A DNA stretch of 64,000 nt from Mobula hypostoma. Taxonomy: Eukaryota. How positions within the stretch are numbered: the first letter of the stretch is position 1; the number at the start of each line of letters is the position of its first letter. A program made the translations under genes and the position numbers. Location of the stretch: positions 100,752,001 through 100,816,000 of the forward strand of contig NC_086108.1 of NCBI RefSeq assembly GCF_963921235.1, given 5' to 3'. Below are positions 39,805 through 53,400 of the stretch, piece after piece. The notes under the pieces are model-generated. The model saw nothing but the letters and a program-made list of their open reading frames with translations. It was not told where the DNA came from and did no database searches.

Positions 39805-41385
39805 CACGAAACCACCGCAGTAGCCTTCACAGCTGAACAGGTGAGAAGACAGCTGAAACATCTCAACCCAAGCAAGGCTGCAGGACCGGATGGTGTCAGT
39901 ACCAGGGTGCTCAAAGCCTGTGCCCCTCAGCAATGTGGAGTACTTCGCCATGTATTCAACCTGAGCCTGAGGCTCCGGAGGGTTCCTGTACTGTGGAAGA
40001 TGTCCTGCCTCGTCCCTGTGCCGAAGACGCCGCGCCCCAGCGGCCTCAATGACTACAGACCGGTGGCATTGACCTCCCACATCATGAAGACCCTGGAGAG
40101 ACTTGTTCTGGAGCTGCTCCAGCCTATGGTCAGGCCACACTTAGATCCCCTCCAGTTCGCCTACCAGCCCCGACTAGGAGTTGAGGATGCCATCGTCTAC
40201 CTGCTGAACCGTGTCTACGCCCGCCCGGACAAGCCAGCTAGCACTGTGAGGGTCATGTTTTTTGACTTCTCCAGTGCGTCAACACCATCCGCCCTGCTCT
40301 GCTGGGGGAGAAGCTGACAGCGATGCAGGTGGATGCTTCCCCGGTATCATGGATTCTTGATTACCTGACCGGCAGACTACAGTACGTGTGCTTGCAACAC
40401 CATGTGTCCGACAGGGTGATCAGCAGCACTGGGGCTCCACGGGGCACTGTCTTGTCTCCCTTTCTCTTCACCATTTACACCTCGGACTTCAATTACTGCA
40501 CAGAGTCTTGTCATCTTCAGAAGTTTTCGGATGACTCTGCCATAGTTGGATGCATCAGCAAGGGAGATGAGATTGAGTACAGGTCTACGGTAGGAAACTT
40601 TGTCACATGATGTGAGCAGAATTATCTGCAGCTTAATGTGAAAAAGACTAAGGAACTGGTGGTAGACCTGAGTAGATCTAAGGTACCAGTGACCCCTGTT
40701 TCCATCCGGGGGTCAGTGTGGACATGGTGGAGGATTACAAATACCTGGGGATACAAATTGACAATAAACTGGACTGGTCAAAGAACACTGAGGCTGTCTA
40801 CAAGAAGGGTCAGAGCCGTCTCTATTTCCTGAGGAGACTGAGGTCCTTTAACATCTGCCGGACGATGCTGAGGATGTTCCAGGAGTCTGTGGTGGCCAGC
40901 GCGATCATGTTTGCTGTTGTGTGCTGGGGCAACAGGCTGAGGGTAGCAGACACCAACAGAATCAGCAAACTCATCCGTAAGGCCAGTGATGTTGTGGGAA
41001 TGGAACTGGACTCTCTCACGGTGGTGTCTAAAAAGAGGATGCTGTCTAAGTTGAATGCCATCTTGGTCAATGTTTCCCATCCACTACATAATGTACTGGG
41101 TGGGCACAGGAGTACATTCAGCCAGAGACTCATTCCACCGAGGTGCAGCACAGAGCGTCATAAGAAGTCATTCCTGCCTGTGGCCATCAAACTTTACAAC
41201 TTCTCCCTTGGAGGGTCAGACACCCTGAGCCAATAGGCTGGTCCTGGACTTATTTCATAATTTACTGGCATAATTTACATACTACTATTTAACTATTTAT
41301 GGTTCTATTACTATTTATTATTTATGGTGCAACTGCAACGAAAACCAATTTCCCCCGGGATCAATAAAGTATGACTATGACTATT
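39805..41385 (+). mobile_element. Rex1/Babar LINE, 5'-truncated, RT with few frameshifts
   Basis: KAAGPDGV, DYRPVALTSHIMK, DPLQFAYQP, FFDFSSA and QKFSDD motifs; AATAAA followed by an (ATGACT)n tail. Confidence 0.9.
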
Positions 41386-43909
41386 ATGCCCAAGTATACA
41401 TATGTCTTTTCCTTGGCTCTTATGCAGTTCTTAACTTCCCTTGTCAGAAACGGCTACCTGCCCCTGCCATTTGAGAATAACCTCTGTGAGACATATCTAT
41501 CTTGCACCTTGTGAGCTATTCTCAGAAATTTCAGCCACCTCTGCTCTGCTGTCATCCCCACTAGTATCCTCCAATCCACCTGGACAAGCTCCTCTCTCAT
41601 GCTTCTGTAATTCCCTTTATTTCGTATACTGATACATGTGAGTTATGCTTCTTCCTCTCAAATTGCAGTATGTATTCAATCATATTATGATCACTGTTTC
41701 CTAACGGTTCCTTTACGTTAAGTTCCTAATAAGATCTGGGTTATTACACAACACCCAATCTGAGATAGCCTTTCCCCTCGTAGGCTTAAGCACAAGCTGC
41801 TCTAAAAAGCCATCTCGTAGGCATTCAACAAATTCCCTCTCTTGTGATCTGACACCAACCTAATTTTCCCAATCCCCTTGCATATTGAAGTACCCCATTA
41901 CATTTATGACATTACCCTTATTACATGCCTTTTCCAGCAACCTTTGTAATCTCAACCCCACATCTTGGCTGCTGTTTGGAGGCCTATATATGATTCCCAT
42001 ACTGGTTTTTTGTCCCTTGCAGTTTCTTAACTCCACCCAGAAAGATTCAACATTCTCTGAACGTATGTCACCTCTTTCTAAAGAAGTAATTCCATCTCTT
42101 ACCAACAGAGCCATGCCACTGCCAATGCCTTCAAGCCTGCCCTTTCGATACAAAGTATATCCTTTGAATTTAAGCTCTCAACCTGGCCTTCTTTCAGCCA
42201 TGACTCAGTGATGCCCGCAACGTCATACCGACAAATCTGTCCACCTTATTCTGAATGCTATGCACACTTAAATACAGCAACTTCAGTCCTGCATTCTTCG
42301 CCCTTTTGAATTTTGCCTCTATGGTACAATTTAACTCTTTGCTCTGACTGCATCTGTACCCAATCATTGGCTTGTCCGTCCGTATATTTATGTTAAATCC
42401 ATCATCTACTTGTAAACCTGCTGGCTCATCCTCAGCTCTATCATTATTGCCTCCCATCCCCCTGCCATACTAGCTTAAACCACTCCAACAGCTCTAGTAA
42501 AGCTGCCTGCAAGATTTTGGTCACCCTCGGATTCAAGTGCAACCCATCCCTTTCATACAGGTCACACCTGCCCCAGAAGAGTTCCCAGATATCCAGAAAT
42601 CTGAATCCCCGTCCCGTGCTTCAGTTCTTCAGCCAACACATTTATCTGCAACCTCATTGTATTCCTATCCTCACTGTCATGTGGCACATGCAGCAAGCCC
42701 AAGATTACTACACTTGAGGTCCTGCTTCTCAGCTTCCTTCCCTTGTAATCTGTTTTCAGAACCTCTTCCCTTTTTCTATCTATATTGTTGGTACCAATAT
42801 GTATCTCGACATCTGGCTGCTCATCCTCCCTTTTCAGGATATTGTGGACGTGTTCAGAAACATCGCAGACCCTGGCATCTGGGAGGTAAACAGAATTGCC
42901 ATCTGTCCCCGTAACTATAGAGTCCCCTATTACTGCTGCTATCCTGTTCAATTCCCTACCCTTCATAGCCACAGGGCCAGACTCAGTGCCAGAGACATGC
43001 CCACTGTTGCTTACCCCAGGTAGGTTGTACCCCCAACATTTAGAAACATAGAAAACCTACAGCACAATACAGGCCCCTTGGCCCACAAAGCTGCACCGAA
43101 CATGTCCTTACCTTAGAACTACCTAGGCTTACCCATAGCCCTCCTTTTTTCTAAGCTCCATGTATCCATCCAGGAGTGTCTTAAAAGACCCTATCGTTTC
43201 CGCCTCCACTGTCGCTGCTGGCAGCCCATTCCACTCACTCACCACTCTCTACGTAAAAAACGTGTCAAAATAGTGTACTAATTGTTGAAAGGGACGCCCA
43301 TAGGGATGCTCTCTTCTATCTGACATTCTCCCTTCCCCTTCCTGACAGTCATCCAATTATTTGTCTCCTGTAGCTTTGGGATGACTACCTCCCTGTAGCT
43401 CCTGTTTATCACCTCTTCACTTCCCCTAACAAGCTGAAGGTTATCATGCTAGAGCTTCAATTCCTTATAACGGTCTCTAAGGAGCTGCATCTCGATGCAC
43501 GTGGTGCAGATGTGGCCAATGGGGAGGCTGGTAGTCTCTCAGAAATCCATTTGACACCCAGAACAGAAAGCTGGCCCTGTAGACATACTCCCTATTCTCA
43601 GGAGTTAAATAAGAAATGAGGAATTTACTTACCTACTTACCATGCCTCCGCCTGTTTGTACCAAAGCCCTGTTGAGCCAAAGCCTACCACTCTGACGACG
43701 ACCATTCCCACAATGACCGCTCCACTAGGTGGTACCCCTCTTTTATGGAGATTGTTTTTTTAAAGCCCTTCACTGGACTTGCCCGGGAATGCTGCTACTG
43801 CATTTGCTCCATACTGCAATCAAAGATTGTGAGGTCGAGAGTCCATTTTATTGTCCAAGGGAAATATTCAATAGAACCCAAGATAGAAACTGTCCTTGAG
43901 TCTGGTGGC

Positions 43910-45260
43910 ATAGAAACATAGAAAACCTACAGCACAATACAGACCTTTCAGCCCACAAAGCTGTCCTTACCTTAGAACTACCTAGGCTTACCCATAGCCC
44001 TCCATTTTTCTAAGCTCCATGTACCTATCCAGGAGTCTCTTAAAAGACCCTATCTTTTTCGCCTCCACCACTGCCGCCAGCAGCCCATTCCATGCACTCA
44101 CTATTCTCTGTGTAAAAAACTCACCCCTCCCATCTCTGTACCTACTTCCAAGCACCTTAAAACTATGCCCTCTCATGCTAGCCATTTCAGCCCTGGGAAA
44201 AAGCCTCTGACTATCCACACGATCAATGTCTCTCATTATCTTGTACACCTCCATCAGGTCACCTCTCATCCTCCATCGCTCCAAGGAGAAAAGGCCGAGT
44301 TCACTCAACCTATTCTCATAAGGGATGCTCCCCAATCCGGGCAACATCATTGTAAATCTCCTCTGCACCCTTTCTATGATTTCCACATCCTTCCTGTTGT
44401 GAGGTGACCAGAATTGAGCACAGTACTCCAAGTGAGGTCTGACCAGGGTCCTATATAGCTGCAATATTACCTCTCGGCTCTTAAACTCAATCCCACGGTT
44501 GATGAAGGCCAATGCTCCACATGCTTTCTTAACCAGAGAGTTAACCTGCGTAGCAGCATTGAGTGTCTTATGGACTTGGACCCCAAGATCCCTCTGATCC
44601 TCCACACTGCCGAGTCTTGCCATTAATGCTATACTCTGCCATCATATTTGACCTACCAAAATGAACCACCTCACACTTATCTGGGTTGAACTCCATCTGC
44701 CACTTCTCAGCCCGGTTTTGCATCCTATCAATGTCCCGCTGTAACCTCTGACAGCCCTCCACATTATCACAACACCCCCAACCTTTGTGTCATCAGCAAA
44801 TTTACTAACCCATCCCTCTACTTCCTCATTCAGGTCATTTATAAAAAACACCAAGAGTAAGGGTCCCAGAACAGATCCCTTGAGGCACACCACTGGTCAC
44901 CGGCCTCCATGCAGAATATGACCCGTCTACAACCACTCGTTGCCTTCTGAGGACAAGCCAGTTTGGATCCACAAAGCAATTTCCCATTGGATCCCATGCC
45001 TCCTTACTTTCTCAATAAGTCTTGCATGGGTTACCTTGTCAAATGCCTTGCTAAAATCCATATACACTACATCTACTGCTCTTCCCTCATCAATGTGTTT
45101 AGTCACATCCTCAAAAATTTCAATCAGGCTCGTAAGGCATGACCTGCCTTTCCCAAAGCCATGCTAACTATTCATACTATCATCCTTACATCCTTCAGAG
45201 TTCAGCACTAGATAATCATATTTTGCCTCTCCAAATGTTCATAAATCCTGCCTCTCATGT
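43910..45260 (-). mobile_element. CR1 LINE 3' fragment
   Basis: ORFs 43988..44623, 44568..44762 and 44642..44893 (SKFADDTKVGG); catagaaa tail. Confidence 0.9.
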
Positions 45261-46287
45261 TTTTTTTTCAGGGTTTTGCCCCTTCTATCCAGTAGAAGAG
45301 AGTAGAAGGAGAAAGTGTCTGGAGAGTCCACAACACAGATCTTACTAGTTGACAACACTAAAGCATTAATACATTATGGGAACATTGTACAATGTAAAGC
45401 TATCCTTAAATATGAGTAGTGCTTATGTTCCTGTTTATTTAAATACCACTTGGCGAATTTCACCTTTTCGCTGATAATAGTAGAAATTAGGTCTTTAATA
45501 GGTCAGAGGAGCATGTTGGTGTCAATGAACAACTTAGCCACCTGCTCTCTTGCTGGTATCTAGGAAAAAAATGATGAGAATTAATAAACTATACATAGTA
45601 GAAATGTGAAGAACTGTGTTTTACCACAGGTCATCCATAAGTAAATTATCCAAATTGACCAAACATTTCCTTTTGCTGGAATTTAACAGACTGAGCAATG
45701 GGAAAGAAGGTGAAATTCTGGTTTCGGACCAGCATTTTATTTGTAATTTTAAAGACAGTGACTCATATTTGCTAAGGCGGTTTCCATAGGTTCTGCCATG
45801 CACCAGTAATCTGCCAAGATGATCACACTTCAAATACATATCTAGACAATGATTGTACTGCTTTATTTGCCAGCCATTGACTAAGGCTGCATATTAAGGC
45901 AAGTTAAGGCAAAAACATTGTATCATTTCTTAATGCATGCATTATTAAATGACAATAAAAGAGGACTACATGTCCTCATAATCTAATCTAATCTAATTAT
46001 GTTCCTTGTCTTCCCCTGATATGGACCCTGTTCCTATTTAAGGAAGAAATTCCTTTGGGATTGATATTTTAGTTTTTAGCATTAATGCATCCTCCACATC
46101 CATTGTAGGTTTTCCTTTGATCTTGAGCTTTTTGGAAATGAAGGGCAGGAGTTTTAATTTTCTTCAAGTAATTGAACTAAAATTTGTGTGTTCTCTATCT
46201 TAACCTATGTCAGAGGTTCAGTAAAGCTGAGAAACCTGCTGGGTCATTTAATGGTTAATCTTTAGGTTCCTTAAGGTTGCTATAGCC

Positions 46288-46845
46288 GGGGGTGGTATTG
46301 GGGACAAGCTCCCACTACTTATTAAATGCTCCCAATGGCATGCATCTCAAGTAGCCTCTGACAACCAAGTCTAGCTCCTGGCCTTCACATGTGGCTTACT
46401 GGTGGAACCATTTCTACTGATAGGAGAAGGGGCAAAGGCAGGTTACTGGCACTTTAAAACCAGTCACTTTGGGCAGATGGGGCTCGTTAGCCGTGGTTGG
46501 CAGCTCATCTAGGAGAAGGAAATCTCTGATCTCAAACCAACTCTGCCTTGAGGCTATACCCACTCATGGAGAAGGCTTCGGGAGTAAACCCCGAGGGAAA
46601 GCTCCAGAGCTGGAGACACTAAGGTAGTCCTACATTAAGTTCAATGATGACTGGCAATTCCTGCAATGCTCCTGGTACTAAACTGTGTCAGTCTCTGTCA
46701 TTCCTTTGGGTTCATCAGATGCATGGAGAGGGAGAGCTTGCTACATGGTCAGCAGCTTGCTCTCCATATCGTACTGTCCAGGTTTGTATATCTAGACAGC
46801 TAGGATGCAATATCCATGATTAACTCTGACCAATGGAAGCCCTCA
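46288..46845 (+). repeat. RTE-related non-autonomous element / RTE 5' UTR remnant
   Basis: GC-richer island with ggcagctcatctaggagaaggaaatctctgatctcaaacc, resembling RTE 5' UTRs (recognition from memory, not a search). Confidence 0.45.
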
Positions 46846-47929
46846 CTTCACTTTAGTGTGAGCCTTGAGCACCTGATAAGCTAGCTAACAATGGCAGGTT
46901 TCCTTTCTCAAGAAACAATAATGAGCCAGATAGTATAATGGCCAGTGTTAATGAGGCTTTTTTATTAACTGAATTTATATTCTAGAGCCGTTATGTATTT
47001 GACCTTGCTCCTGGATGACAATCCAAACCCATCCAGTAATGTGACCATGGTGTCACTATTTACAGTGTGGAATCATCCACAAAATATATTACAACAGCAC
47101 CCTTACCCAGAACCTGGTGAATCTACTACCAAGAAGGCATAACGATGGGGGACATTTAGATTTTCCACCACCTGCAAGTTTCTCTCCAAGACTCACATCC
47201 TGACTTGGGGGGAGCGGGGGTAGTAAAAACTGTGATACCTTAATTGTTCCTTGATCAAAATGCTGAAACTTACTAACAGCACGATGGAGTATTTTCACAG
47301 ACTGAAGAATTGCTCAGCTCCAGCTTTGCAGGGGTAATTAAAGATGGTAGCCTTGCAACAATCCTTATATAAAAGATGCTTAGTTGTTTTGAATGAAAGA
47401 GTTCTCTCATTTTCAGCCCTGTTGTCAATAATTTCCAAAGCAAATTTTAATTTCAAAAGTTAACAATGCAAAACTGTCCTAAAGCAATTACTATTCAGTG
47501 TCTCTTTGCAAGAGCACAATCTTGCTGCACTATTCTTTGGAATGGAGAGGCTAAATGATTTTACTATTTTGGGCATTGAGAGATTGCAGAAGGAGGTTCT
47601 TAAGATGATACTCCAGGCTTGAAATTAATTTTATGTTTTCAATTTCGTGGGCTTTCCTTTTTTACTGTTGACATAAACTCAGTTTAATTAAAATTAATTT
47701 AATAAGTGCTATCTCTGTTTTTCAGTTCACTGAAGTTATCCAGTATCATGACTAATAAAGCTAATATTTAGGTTTAGCATCTACCAGAACTTTGTATATG
47801 AACATAATGCATTAAGACTGGGATAACAATGGCCTAATTTCCAGTGGCACAGGAGTGACCACCATCAAAATGGTGGAAATTGGAAAGCAGAGAGCATTCT
47901 GTTGAAGGGTCCCTAAACTGAAACATTAG

Positions 47930-48765
47930 TCATAGTCATAGTCAACTTTATTGATCCCGGGGGAAATTGGTTTTTGTTACAGTTGCACCATAAATAATTA
48001 AATAGTAATAAAACCTTAAATACTTAAATAGTAATATGTAAATTATGCCAGGAAATAAGTCCAGGACCAGCCTATTGGCTCAGGGTGTCTGACCCTCCAA
48101 GGGAGGAGTTGGAAAGTTTGATGGCCACAGGCAGGAATGACTTCCTATGACGCTCTGTGTTGCATCTCGGTGGAATGAGTCTCTGTCTGAATGTACTCCT
48201 CTGCCCACCCAGTACATTATGTAGTGGATGGGAGACATTGTCCAAGATGGCATGCAACTTAGACAGCATCCTCTTTTCAGACACCACTGTCAGAGAATCC
48301 AGTTCCAACCCCACAACATCACTGGCCTTAGGAATGAGCTTGTTGATTCTGTTGGTGTCCACTACCCTCAGCCTGCTGCCCCAGCACACAACAGCAAACA
48401 TGATAGCACTGGCCACCACAGACTCCTAGAACATCCTCAGCATCGTCCGGCAGGTGTTAAAGGACCTCAGTCTCCTCAGGAAATAGAGACGGCTCTGACC
48501 CTTCTTGTAGACAGCCTCAGTGTTTTTTGACCAGTCCAGCTTATTGCCAATTCGTATCCTCAGGTATTTGTAATCCTTCACCATGTCCACACTGACCCGC
48601 TGGATGGAAAGAGGGGTACCTTAGCTCTCCTCAGGTCTACCACCAACTCCTTAGTCTTTTTCACATTAAGCTGCAGATAATTCTGCTCACACCATGTGAC
48701 AAGGTTTCCTACCGTAGCCCTGTACTCAGCCTCATCTCCCTTGCTGATGCATCCAACTATGGCAC
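47930..48765 (-). mobile_element. Rex1/Babar LINE 3' fragment
   Basis: ORF 48072..48419 is nearly identical to the C-terminus of ORF 40718..41236; (agtcat)n tail. Confidence 0.9.
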
Positions 48766-49104
48766 AGTAAACTCTGGTTCTGCCTCCACAGGTGCTGCCT
48801 GATCTGAGAAGTATTTCTAATAGTTTCAGTTTTATTTTTCAATTTCCATCTTTTGCAGTTTATCAACACCTGCAATTTTATCTTTGATTTGGAGAGGACA
48901 AGAGAGAGAGTCACTGTTGCAAAGCTTTTCTACTTTGCAACCAACTTCCAGTTGTTGGCTTTACTGGAAAGTAGAGTGGGACTCAGTACTAACCAGGAGA
49001 ATCATGTTCAGAGTACAGTCTCAGGATATCTACACCATAAATTCCAACAAAGACTCTTACATTCTTTAGAGTTCAGCACTAGAAATTTCCTTTTAATTGA
49101 CTGA

Positions 49105-49660
49105 CATATACAAAATGCTGAAGGATCTGAGTAAGCCAGGCAGCATCTGCAAAGGGGAATTAGTGGTCAACGTTTGGGCTGAGACCCTTCACCAGAATTG
49201 GAAAGGAAAGGGAGGGGGCAGAAGCTAGAATGAGAAGGTGTGGGAGGGGAAGGAGTACAAGCAGGCCGGTGATAGGTGAGACCAGGTGGGGGCGGGGAGG
49301 ATGAAGTAAGAAACTGGGAGATAGGTAGGTGGAAGAGGTAAAGCGCTGAAAAAGAAGAAAAGGGAGGGCTATGTACCATGAAATCAAGGGAAGGAGGAGG
49401 GGAACCAGAGGGTGGTGACGGGCAGATGAGGAGGAAAAAAAGGGTAAAAGGGTAATCAGATTGGAGAATAGAAAAAGAGAGAAGAAGGGAGGGGTGGAGT
49501 AATTTCCAGAAGGAAAAATGGATGGTCATGCCATCAGGTTGGAGACTACCCAGATGGAATGTAGGATGTTGCTCCTCCAACCTTAGTTCAGCCTCATTGT
49601 GACAGTACAGGATGCCATGGACAGACATGTCAGAATGTGACTGGGAATTCGAATTGAACT
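49105..49660 (-). mobile_element. Penelope-like element 3' fragment
   Basis: SHSDMSVHGILYCHNEAELRLEEQHPTFHLGSLQPDGM (GIY-YIG C-terminus) plus pLTR. Confidence 0.75.
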
Positions 49661-50489
49661 TCCTTTTACTTTGATAATTATGGATTAACTCTGAAAAGAT
49701 TTGACACACAACTCTTCCCTTCTGTGTCTCCCTTCTGCACCTTGCTGCTTTGTCTTCTTTCTGTGCTTCCATGCCATCTTGCTGCTCTGTGATCTCACCT
49801 TAAGGCTGCAGCACAAATTGTAACAAGAAGAGTGAAGACCACCAACCAGAAATGTTAACTCTGCTTCGGTTTCCACAGATGCTGCCTGACCTCCAGAATA
49901 TCAGCAGCATTTGCTATGTCAAGAGAAAAAAAACAGTGTTTAAAATCAAACCAGACACAACTATTATCACCCTTCAACATCATAATAAAATAATCATTGA
50001 AACAAAATTACAGGCTTTTTTCTGTGGTAAGAACATTACTGCAGAGCTCATCATTAACATTGTAGTCATGACTGCTTTAGAAGAACAGCTGAACCAGGTG
50101 AAAGCTGCCAAATATAATCCTAACCAGGAAGTCTAGGCTGTCTAATAAATATATTACAAAGAATTATGAGCTGCCCTCTCTCCAGACTGACTGAAGAATT
50201 CAGGTTAGACACAGCTGTTGATCGAACCTTTAAATAGATTTCCAGGATGTTGGTCATGTATAATTTTCGTTCCAACCATAATGAGCAAAGTCTGATTGTT
50301 GGCAATTAACATTTTGACTAGCTAGCTTTTGGACACACTACCTGGCCAATTGACATACATCAATAGCTGACGAACAATACCTTAAGTCATCTGGCTTTTT
50401 TTTACACGTACAGATGCATACCAGGTTGCATAATGTATAGTAACACACACAATGCTGAAGGAACTCAGCAGATCAGAGAGCATCTACTA

Positions 50490-53400
50490 CAGTAAGGCAG
50501 GGACAAGCACTGAAACCGTCATCTGAGTGGACAGAGTCAGACTGGTGATCTTGAGCCTTCAGCCAAAGAAGGCAAAGAAAAGAAAAGCTCTAGGTTAAGT
50601 TTCTTTCCTTCTCTATATCTGCTCAGCTAGGATAGTAGAGATCCCTAGCAGGATAGTTGAATGCTGCTCTTGCGAGATGTGGGAAGGCAGGGAGATTCCC
50701 TGTGTCCCTGACGACTACTACTGTGAGAAAAGCATCTAGCTGCAGTTTCTAACAATCCACGTTAAGGAGTTGGAGCTGGAACTGGATGAACTCTAGATCA
50801 TTTGGGAGGCTGAAGGGATGATAGATAGGACATATGGAGAGGGAGTTACACCCAAGGTACAGGATGCAGGAAACTGGCTGACAGTCAGGAAGGGGAAAGG
50901 AGTTAAACAGCCAGTGCAGAGTATCCCTGTGGCCACCCCCTTCAACAACAGGTATATCACTTTAGATACTGTTGGGAGGATGACCTAACAGAGAAAAGTC
51001 GCAGTGGTTGGGTTTCTGGCACTGAGTCTGCCTCTGTGACACAGAAGGAAAGGGGAAAGAAGAAGAAGGGGGGAGGGGAATGGACAGGAGGTTCTGTGGG
51101 CAAGAACAAGATGTCTCGGATCCAGTCCTCAGCATTCTTAAGTGGAAGGGTGAACAGCCAGAAGTTGTGGTCCATATAGATACCAATAACATGGGTAGGA
51201 CGAGTGATGAAGTTCTGCTTAGGGAGTTAGAAACATAGAAACATAGAAACATAGAAAATAGGTGCAGGAGTAGGCCATTCGGCCCTTCGAGCATGCACCG
51301 CCATTTATTATGATCATGGCTGATCATCCAACTCATCCGCCCCAGCCTTCCCTCCATACCCCCTGATCCCCATAGCCACAAGGGCCATATCTAACTCCCT
51401 CTTAAATATAGCCAATGAACTGGCCTCAACTGTTTCCTGTGGCAGAGAATTCCACAGATTCACCACTCTCTGTGTGAAGAAGTTTTTCCTAATCTCAGTT
51501 CTAAAAGGCTTCCCCTTTATCCTCAAACTGTGGCCCCTTGTTCTGGACTTCCCCAACATCGGGAACAATCTTCCTGCATCTAGCCTGTCCAATCCCTTTA
51601 GGATTTTATACGTTTCAATCAGATCCCCCCTCAATCTTCTAAATTCCAACGAGTACAAGCCCAGTTCATCCAGTCTTTCTTCATATGAAAGTCCTGCCAT
51701 CCCAGGAATCAATCTGGTGAACCTTCTTTGTACTCCCTCTATGGCAAGGATGTCTTTCCTCAGATTAGGGGACCAAAACTGCACACAATACTCCAGGTGT
51801 GGTCTCACCAAGGCCTTGTACAACTGCAGTAGTACCTCCCTGCTCCTGTAATCGAATCCTCTCGCTATAAATGCCAGCATACCATTCGCCTTTTTCACCG
51901 CCTGCTGTACCTGCATGCCCACTTTCAATGACTGGTGTATAATGACACCCAGGTCTCGTTGCACCTCCCCTTTTCCTAATCGGCCACCATTCAGATAATA
52001 ATCTGTTTTCCTATTTTTGCCACCAAAGTGGATAACTTCACATTTATCCACATTAAATTGCATCTGCCATGAATTTGCCCACTCACCCAACCTATCCAAG
52101 TCACTCTGCATTCTCTTAGCATCCTCCTCACAGCTAACACTGCCACCCAGCTTCGTGTCATCCGCAAACTTGGAGATGCTGCATTTAATTCCCTCATCCA
52201 AGTCATTAATATATATTGTAAACAACTGGGGTCCCAGCACTGAGCCTTGCGGTACCCCACTAGTCACTGCCTGCCATTCTGAAAAGGTCCCATTTATTCC
52301 CACTCTTTGCTTCCTGTCTGCTAACCAATTCTCCATCCACATCAATACCTTAACCCCAATACCGTGTGCTTTAAGTTTGCACACTAATCTCCTGTGTGGG
52401 ACCTTGTCAAAAGCCTTTTGAAAATCCAAATATACCACATCCACTGGTTCTCCCCTATCCACTCTACTGGTTACATCCTCAAAAAATTCTATGAGATTCG
52501 TCAGACATGATTTTCCTTTCACAAATCCATGCTGACTTTGTCCGATGATTTCACCGCTTTCCAAATGTGCTGTTATCACATCTTTGATAACTGACTCCAG
52601 CAGTTTCCCCACCACCGACGTTAGGCTAACCGGTCTATAATTCCCCAGTTTCTCTCTCCCTCCTTTTTTAAAAAGTGGGGTTACATTAGCCACCCTCCAA
52701 TCCTCAGGAACTAGTCCAGAATCTAACGAGTTTTGAAAAATTATCACTAATGCATCCATTATTTCTTGGGCTACTTCCTTAAGCACTCTAGGATGCAGAC
52801 CATCTAGCCCTGGGGATTTATCTGCCTTCAATCCCTTCAATTTACCTAACACCACTTCCCTACTAACAAGTATTTCGCTCAGTTCCTCCATCTCACTGGA
52901 CCCTCTGTCCCCTACTATTTCTGGAAGATTATTTATGTCCTCCTTAGTGAAGACAGAACCAAAGTAATTATTCAATTGGTCTGCCATGTCCTTGCTCCCC
53001 ATAATCAATTCACCTGTTTCTGTCTGTAGGGGACCTACATTTGTCTTTACCAGTCTTTTCCTTTTTACATATCTATAAAAGCTTTTACAGTCGGTTTTTA
53101 TGTTCCCTGACAGTTTTCTCTCATAATCTTTTTTCCCCTTCCTAATTAAGCCCCTTGTCCTCCTCTGCTGAACTCTGAATTTCTCCCAGTCCTCAGGTGA
53201 GCCACTTTCTCTGGCTAATTTGTATGCTTCTTCTTTGGAATTGATACTATCCCTAATTTCTCTTGTCAGCCACGGGTGCACTACCTTCCTTGATTTATTC
53301 TTTTGCCAAACTGGGTGCTAAGTTAAATGACAGGACCTCCAGGGTTGTGTGCTCAGGATTGCTACCCATGCCACGTGCTAATGAGGCCAGAAATAGGGAC

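Larger units (their letters stand above)
36625..43700 (-). mobile_element. Near full-length decayed CR1 LINE (ORF1 with esterase-like domain, APE, RT) split by nested insertions
   Basis: RT pieces 36605-38595, EN pieces 41860..42457, and ORF1 SGNH-like piece 42562..42972 (AVIGDSIV, HIGTNNI). The sequence is collinear across the inserts at 38620 and 41390. Confidence 0.85.

Noticed and set aside
51228..51258. Tandem (catagaaa)n repeats as a CRISPR-like or regulatory array
   Set aside because: They are CR1 3' microsatellite tails with no spacers, in a eukaryotic context.
51314..53281. 655-aa RT ORF as a domesticated gene or a retron/DGR-like system
   Set aside because: It is an ordinary 5'-truncated CR1 ORF2 with the family tail and a near-identical sibling copy; there are no accessory genes or template repeats.
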